A stretch of 64,000 nucleotides of DNA, from the NCBI RefSeq assembly GCF_004010195.1, contig NC_057719.1, positions 57,330,246 through 57,394,245 on the forward strand, read 5' to 3'. Below the pieces are notes generated by a model, which did no database searches, was not told where the DNA came from, and worked only from the letters and a program-made list of their open reading frames with translations. Positions 63,247-64,000 of the stretch are shown here, piece after piece. Origin of the DNA: Chiloscyllium plagiosum. Lineage: Eukaryota. The first letter of the stretch is position 1; each line of letters opens with the position of its first letter. Both the position numbers and the translations under genes were made by a program.

Positions 63247-64000
63247 AGAGTCATAGAGATGGACAGCACGGAAACAGATCCTTCGGTCCAACCCGTCCAT
63301 GCCGACCAGATATTCCAACCTGGCCCATATCCCTCCAAACCCTTCCTATTCATATACCCATCCAAATGCCTCTTAAACGTTGCAAGTGTACTAGCCTCCA
63401 CCACATCCTCTGGCAGCTCATTCCATACAGGTACCACCCTCTGTGTGAAAACATTGGCCCTTTAGTCTCTTTCATATCTTTCCCATCGTAATCTAACCCT
63501 GTGCCTTCTAATTCTGGACTCCCCGACCCCAGGGAAAAGACTTTGCCTATTTACCCTATCCATGCTCCTCATAATTTTGTAAAGCTGTATAAGGTCACCC
63601 CTCAGCCTCCGACGCTCCAGGGAAAACAACCCCAGCCTGTTTAGCCTCTCCCGATAGCTAAAATCCTCCAATCCTGGCAACATCCTTGTAAATCTTTTCT
63701 GAACCCTTTCAAGTTTCACAACATCTTTCTGATAAGGAGACCAGAATTGCATGCAATATTCCACAGTGGCCTAACCAATGTCCTGTACAGCCTCTATGAT
63801 CTCCCAACTCCTGTACTCAATACTCTAACCAATAAACGAAAGCATACCAAACGCCTTCTTCACTATCCTATCTACCTGCGACTCCACTTTCAAGGTGCTA
63901 CGAACCTGCACTACAAGGTCTCTTTGTTCAGCAACACTCCCTAGGACCTTACCATTAAGTGTTTAAGTCCTGCTAAGATTTGCTTTCCCAAAATGCAGCA
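63247..64000 (-). mobile_element. Young CR1 (HER1-like) 3' part, runs off the window
   Basis: ORF 63462-63764 EYCMQFWSPYQKDVVKLERVQKRFTRMLPGL..RRLRGDLI; AGAGTCATAGAG tail. Confidence 0.95.

Overview
Vertebrate, repeat-dominated genomic DNA, almost certainly from a cartilaginous fish (shark). The evidence is HE1-type V-SINEs with their CR1/HER1-like partner LINEs, a Deu-domain SINE remnant and many Penelope-like elements (PLEs); the species cannot be fixed from sequence alone. There are five N gaps. No intact host gene or intact transposon ORF is visible: most tracked ORFs are decayed transposon fragments, gap read-through or chance ORFs, and only three weak host-exon candidates were seen. Content: about 15 CR1 pieces; three copies of a second EN/RT LINE family, one with a tRNA-like head; a decayed Gypsy provirus (37901-42492) plus a solo LTR of the same family; a Tx1/L1 3' fragment; PIF/Harbinger transposase remnants; two Tigger-like MITEs; and at least four PLE families, often as short fold-back insertions. 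Most interesting: (i) minimal hammerhead-ribozyme motifs in the PLE termini, at least two with intact cores; (ii) a 121-bp L1 'head-plus-tail' mini-element with a perfect 17-bp TSD; (iii) a tRNA-headed, apparently ORF1-less LINE and a SINE-like derivative sharing both ends; (iv) several locally templated duplications. Boundaries of old repeats are approximate; TSD-defined boundaries were counted from the sequence.
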